Of a DNA stretch of 64,000 nt, positions 60,004 to 64,000 are shown in pieces. This DNA comes from a bacterium. GTDB lineage: Bacteria > Patescibacteriota > Dojkabacteria > JAKAPS01 > JAJZLI01. The translations under genes were made by a program, and so were the position numbers. Numbering within the stretch: the stretch's first letter is position 1; each line of letters starts with the position of its first letter. The notes under the pieces are model-generated. The model ran no database searches. It worked only from the letters and a program-made list of their open reading frames with translations, and was not told the origin of the DNA. Where the stretch lies: contig DAIDGT010000001.1 of assembly GCA_027459825.1 (NCBI GenBank), forward strand, positions 37,884 to 101,883, given 5' to 3'.

Positions 60004-60055
60004 CAATATTATCATCCCATATTTTTCTTGTCAAGATGTGCATGTAAAAATAAAC

Positions 60056-60084
60056 TTGTCAATGAATCTTATCCTCTGTATAAT
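60056..60084 (+). promoter_or_regulatory. sigma70-like promoter TTGTCA-N17-TATAAT for the downstream + strand gene (near-leaderless)
   Basis: -35 at 60056-60061 and a perfect -10 at 60079-60084 with a 17-nt spacer. The ATG is at 60093, about 8 nt downstream of the -10 hexamer. Confidence 0.4.
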
Positions 60085-60092
60085 CTATTAAA

Positions 60093-60653
60093 ATGAATGC
60101 CTCCCTGCCTAAAATAACCATAGCAATTTTATTTTCAGTTTTAATAACTATATTTGAACCATTTATTCTTGAAAAATTTTATACTCCACAAAAATTTAAC
60201 TCTAATATAGAGATAAAAACTAACTTACCAATGACAGTCTACATTAATGGAATAAATAAAGGGAATTCTCCTGAGGAGGTAAATAATATTGCACCAGGAA
60301 ATAATCAAATATCCCTTTATTATTCAGGAGAAAGAGTTTTCAATAAAGATATCCTCACAGAAGTTTCCTCCCCTAAAACATTTATCCAATGGACAACTTC
60401 TACAAACAAAAAATCGTATGGATATATTATCTATTATAAAAAGAGTGCTACTTCACAAGAGATAGTTAATCTTTCATCAGATATAAATTCTTCTTTTGTA
60501 TTAGATAATACAAATACATTTTATGGGGAATCTCTACTAAAAATATTACAACCAGGATTACATAAAGTCAGTATTAATAGCAACTCTATTAATATTGCAT
60601 ATATAAACTTCCAAATAGTAAAAGGATACAATACATATATACAGATAATATAA
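60093..60653 (+). CDS. secreted or membrane-anchored protein with a PEGA-like beta domain
   Basis: Signal or TM N-terminus, then VYINGINKGNSPEEVNNIAPGNNQISL, which resembles PEGA-domain spacing. Low certainty. Confidence 0.3.
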   Translation: MNASLPKITIAILFSVLITIFEPFILEKFYTPQKFNSNIEIKTNLPMTVYINGINKGNSPEEVNNIAPGNNQISLYYSGERVFNKDILTEVSSPKTFIQWTTSTNKKSYGYIIYYKKSATSQEIVNLSSDINSSFVLDNTNTFYGESLLKILQPGLHKVSINSNSINIAYINFQIVKGYNTYIQII

Positions 60654-60659
60654 ATAATA

Positions 60660-62630
60660 ATGGAAAAACAAAGAATAGTAACATTTAAAAAGATATTACC
60701 AACAACCTTAATATATTGGGGGGCAAATTTCTTTGGAGAGAGAATTGCAAAAAACATAATATCAAATGGAGGTAATGTAATAATAATAGACTCTTTTTCA
60801 AAAAATAAAATATCTGTAATAAGAAGGTTAAAAGAAGAATCTCAATTTCAAAAAGGTGAAATAAAAATGATAGATGTTGATTCTGTAAATAATTTTGAAG
60901 AGAGTCTACCTAAAATAAATTTTTCTATTTTCTTAGGAAATTTCTTTATCCCTGAGGATGACAACCTGAAAAAACGACTCAACTCTATAGAAAATTTTAT
61001 AAAAATTTCAAGAGATAGAAATGCAAAGATATGCGTAGCAATAAATATAAATAAAAATGGAAATGAAGATTTTTCAGAATTATCCAATCATATATACAAT
61101 TTTGCAATAACAAATATAAAAAGCTTTGGGGGTGTACTTGTAAAAGTAGGGGAGATATATGGAGAAGACATGAATGATTTCATAGAAAACCCAATCAATC
61201 AAATTGTGAATTCAATAAAAAAAGAGAGCATAATAAAAATAGATAAAGAACATGAATTCTTCCATTATATATATATCGATGATGCAGTGTCAGGAATAAT
61301 TCCTCTACTGTTTACAAATAATAACGGAGAGTATTATTTATCTGACAAAGAAGATATTTCAAATATATCACTATGTTTTAGGGTATCTGACATCACGGGA
61401 ATAAAAGTTGAAAAGCATGAAGGACAAGAGAATAATTCACCTACTAGAGAAGATCGAATAAAAACAATATCTAACCTCCCCCCTGAATGGGTACCAAAAA
61501 CAAGATTTGAAAATGGACTTGATAGGACGATCCAGGAAAAATTAGAATCTCTTAATAAAAAAACTATAGATGTCTCTCCTGTTTTAACAAAAAATGTGAA
61601 AAAAGAATTGTCTCCTCTAAACAAAAATCTAAACTTATCAGATTTTGATAAAATCAAAAAAACTTATCTAAAAAATGAGTACTTGAATAAAGAACTTTTT
61701 GGAAAGGATACACAAAAATCCCGAGTAAGAATTCGCAGAAAAAAATTATTAATAAGATTTATCTTATTTTTTATTATATACATAGTAATAATTACTCCTT
61801 TATTTGTATTCTATATAAATTCATACTTGATAGGAAATGGTATTACAAAACAACAGTATTTTATAAGTAAAGGAAACATATCAAACGCTATTTCAGAAAA
61901 CAGTCAAACCCAAAAAGAAATAAATACGGAAATCAGTTATATGGGTATACTAAATTTTTTAAATAAATACATACCTCAAATAAGAAATACTCCAAATCTG
62001 CTCTATGAGACAGAAAACCTAAACCTGTCACTATTAAGGACAGAAAGTGTAAAACAAAAATTAAATTCTCTTTATGCTATCAATTTAAGCCAAAATAATA
62101 CAAATATATTAACAAAGATAAAAGAAGTTACTTCTGAAGACTTATCTAGGAATTTAAATGGGGCAATATTTTTGAAAAGTCATGTCAAAATACTAAGAGG
62201 ACTTTCAAGCATAGATAGTGAGGCAATATTCACTATAAAAAATGATATTACCGCTATAAAAAATAATGGGAACTTAGTCTATACATACTTAAGTGGAGAG
62301 AAAAAATATGCAATAATATATATATCAAATAATAATAAACCTACAATATCAGGAACAGTTACAAAAATATCCCTAGTAGAAGTTTACAATGGGAGCATAG
62401 TAAAAAAGAACGACTACACAACAAATTTAACAATAAAAGATATTCCTAATGGAAGTATCTCTACACTATCACAAAATATCCTCCAGACACTTGATTCCAC
62501 ACAAAATACACAATTTACAGGAGTGGTATACATAAATGACATTATTTCCAATATAAATATTACACAAATAAATATATCAAACTTTTACCAGTATATTACC
62601 AATAAAGAAATATTTCTTTATTTAAAATAA
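60660..62630 (+). CDS. membrane protein with a degenerate N-terminal Rossmann (epimerase/dehydratase-like) domain and a large C-terminal extracytoplasmic region
   Basis: IYWGANFFGERIAKNII resembles GxxGxxG but with Gly replaced by Asn. No clear YxxxK. A TM helix sits around residue 365-390 (FILFFIIYIVIITPLFVFYI). Confidence 0.3.
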   Translation: MEKQRIVTFKKILPTTLIYWGANFFGERIAKNIISNGGNVIIIDSFSKNKISVIRRLKEESQFQKGEIKMIDVDSVNNFEESLPKINFSIFLGNFFIPEDDNLKKRLNSIENFIKISRDRNAKICVAININKNGNEDFSELSNHIYNFAITNIKSFGGVLVKVGEIYGEDMNDFIENPINQIVNSIKKESIIKIDKEHEFFHYIYIDDAVSGIIPLLFTNNNGEYYLSDKEDISNISLCFRVSDITGIKVEKHEGQENNSPTREDRIKTISNLPPEWVPKTRFENGLDRTIQEKLESLNKKTIDVSPVLTKNVKKELSPLNKNLNLSDFDKIKKTYLKNEYLNKELFGKDTQKSRVRIRRKKLLIRFILFFIIYIVIITPLFVFYINSYLIGNGITKQQYFISKGNISNAISENSQTQKEINTEISYMGILNFLNKYIPQIRNTPNLLYETENLNLSLLRTESVKQKLNSLYAINLSQNNTNILTKIKEVTSEDLSRNLNGAIFLKSHVKILRGLSSIDSEAIFTIKNDITAIKNNGNLVYTYLSGEKKYAIIYISNNNKPTISGTVTKISLVEVYNGSIVKKNDYTTNLTIKDIPNGSISTLSQNILQTLDSTQNTQFTGVVYINDIISNINITQINISNFYQYITNKEIFLYLK

Positions 62631-62677
62631 AGAAAATCAAATATATATATATTAGTGAACTATATATTTAGAGGATA

Positions 62678-64000
62678 TTAAATATATATCCAAGATCTAC
62701 CATCAGATTTAATGATAGTTTCTGCCTCAGTAGGACCTGTAGATCCTTGTGGATATATAATAGGTGTAATATTTTTTATTTTATCCTTAATAGTATCGGT
62801 AATCTTCCATGAAGCATTAATTTCATCAGTTCTTGCAAAATTCATTTGATTGCCTAATATACAATCAATCAGAAGTTTTTCATACTCACTTTTTAGTTCA
62901 CCATAGTAATTGTCATAAGAGTAGTTCATTTTCATATTAGTTATTGTATAGTCAAAACCAGGAACCTTACCTGCAAAATTAAGACCAATATTAAATGAAG
63001 GATGTATTTGAAAAGACAACATATTAGAAGAAAAATCACCTTCAAAAATAGATCTTATAGTAGGCTTAAATATAACTACAATTTGAGTCTTTTTCTCAGA
63101 TAACATCTTACCTGCTTTTACATATATGGGAACCCCTTTAAATTTAGGTGACTGTAGAACTAATTTTGCGGCAATAAAAGTATCAATAATTGAATCTGGC
63201 GCAACATTAGGCTCATCATGATAACCGGCATACTGACCTTTCACAACAGAAGAAACTGTAAGCTGTTTTATTAAATTAGTTTTATTTGTCCTAATAAAAG
63301 ATTCTTGAAACCGTGTAGGTTTCTCCATTGTAAGAATAGAGATCATCTGAATAATATGATTTTGAAAAACATCAATTAGGGTACCTGTTGAATCATAAAA
63401 AGCTCCTCTTTTTTCAATACCAATATCTTCTGTTGCAATAACCTGAATACTATCAATGAATTTATTATTCCAAATATTTTCAAAAATATTATTAGAAAAT
63501 CTAAATGCAAAAATATTCTCCACTGGCTCCTTCCCTAAATAGTGATCGATTCTATAAACTTGATCTTCATGAAATACAGAAAGAATAGTTTTATTTAATT
63601 CAAGAGAACTTTTAAGATCAATACCAAAAGGTTTTTCTATAACAATCCTAGAGAATGCATTATGTTTAGAACATCCATAATTTAATTTAACCTTTCCTAG
63701 ATTTTCAGCAATAATAGAATAAAATGCAGGAGGCACTGCTAAATAAAAAATTCTAGAATTACAATTTTTACCAAGGTAATCAGCTAATAATTTCATCTCG
63801 TCTAAATTGGAAAAATCAGCTTTAAAATATTCTATTCTTGAGAAAAAGGAGATCCTATCTTCCTCTGGAATAAATTCATTAAAAGTAGAAAGAAATTCAT
63901 CCTTAGTGAAATCTTTTCTACCAACAGCAATTATCCTTATTCTCTCAGAAAATTTTGCATCCTTTGCAAGATTATATAGATCAGGAAATAATTTTTTATG
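62678..64000 (-). CDS. zwf: glucose-6-phosphate dehydrogenase (5' end beyond window)
   Basis: RIDHYLGKE is the G6PD active-site signature. The reading frame stays open upstream of the six-frame Met to the window edge (...HKKLFPDLYNLAKDAKFSERIRIIAVGR... = the N-terminal NADP-binding region). Confidence 0.8.
   Translation of the reverse strand, partial: HKKLFPDLYNLAKDAKFSERIRIIAVGRKDFTKDEFLSTFNEFIPEEDRISFFSRIEYFKADFSNLDEMKLLADYLGKNCNSRIFYLAVPPAFYSIIAENLGKVKLNYGCSKHNAFSRIVIEKPFGIDLKSSLELNKTILSVFHEDQVYRIDHYLGKEPVENIFAFRFSNNIFENIWNNKFIDSIQVIATEDIGIEKRGAFYDSTGTLIDVFQNHIIQMISILTMEKPTRFQESFIRTNKTNLIKQLTVSSVVKGQYAGYHDEPNVAPDSIIDTFIAAKLVLQSPKFKGVPIYVKAGKMLSEKKTQIVVIFKPTIRSIFEGDFSSNMLSFQIHPSFNIGLNFAGKVPGFDYTITNMKMNYSYDNYYGELKSEYEKLLIDCILGNQMNFARTDEINASWKITDTIKDKIKNITPIIYPQGSTGPTEAETIIKSDGRSWIYI

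Noticed and set aside
62655-62691. Hairpin GGATAT-N7-ATATCC at the zwf stop as a terminator
   Set aside because: The right arm lies inside the zwf coding sequence and the element is AT-rich and short. Likely coincidental.
1-64000. CRISPR arrays, rRNA or tRNA genes
   Set aside because: No regularly spaced direct repeats were seen. No GC-rich structured blocks of about 75 nt lie between genes. The GC-richer intergenic stretch at 45781-45924 shows only a short palindrome (GTCATCGGATGAC) and no cloverleaf potential.
1-64000. Alternative genetic code (UGA recoding, as in Gracilibacteria/Absconditabacteria)
   Set aside because: Long conserved proteins (PNPase, DnaK, IF2, PilB, phosphoketolase) are full-length with the standard code and show no internal stops.

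Overview
This is an AT-rich, densely packed bacterial window. Low GC, short IF2, scarce Shine-Dalgarno sequences, type IV pilus genes and a phosphoketolase suggest a Patescibacteria/CPR-like small genome, but that is inference only. Housekeeping backbone: rpsO (3' end), pnp, nusA-infB plus a DHH phosphoesterase on the other strand, dnaJ, hrcA-grpE-dnaK, rpmH-rnpA-yidC, ksgA, galU, uppP and uracil-DNA glycosylase. Carbon metabolism: phosphoketolase, ADP-forming acetyl-CoA synthetase, rpiB, rpe and a partial zwf. Two accessory regions stand out. The first (about 9.5-21.6 kb) holds two paralogous type IV secretion-like modules: VirB2-, VirB6- and VirB3/PrgI-like membrane proteins plus a VirB4 ATPase that is split into an N-terminal-domain ORF and an ATPase ORF in the same way in both copies. 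They flank an AbiEi/AbiEii abortive-infection toxin-antitoxin pair that carries its own promoter and palindromic operators. A sortase and a GT-C-like membrane protein sit next to this region. The second (about 24-48.3 kb) is a large type IV pilus locus: pilB, pilC, four prepilin-like genes, a pilM-pilN fusion and pilO. Inside it are two tandem giant paralogous surface proteins of roughly 1400 aa each (DUF2341 plus Fn3-like repeats, one with a LamG lectin-like module). They differ in their N-terminal modules and in codon usage, yet their last ~110 nt, encoding an identical C-terminal peptide, are nearly identical. A fused MacB-type ABC transporter follows them, and a GGDEF diguanylate cyclase lies nearby. 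No CRISPR array, rRNA, tRNA, integrase or reverse transcriptase was seen.
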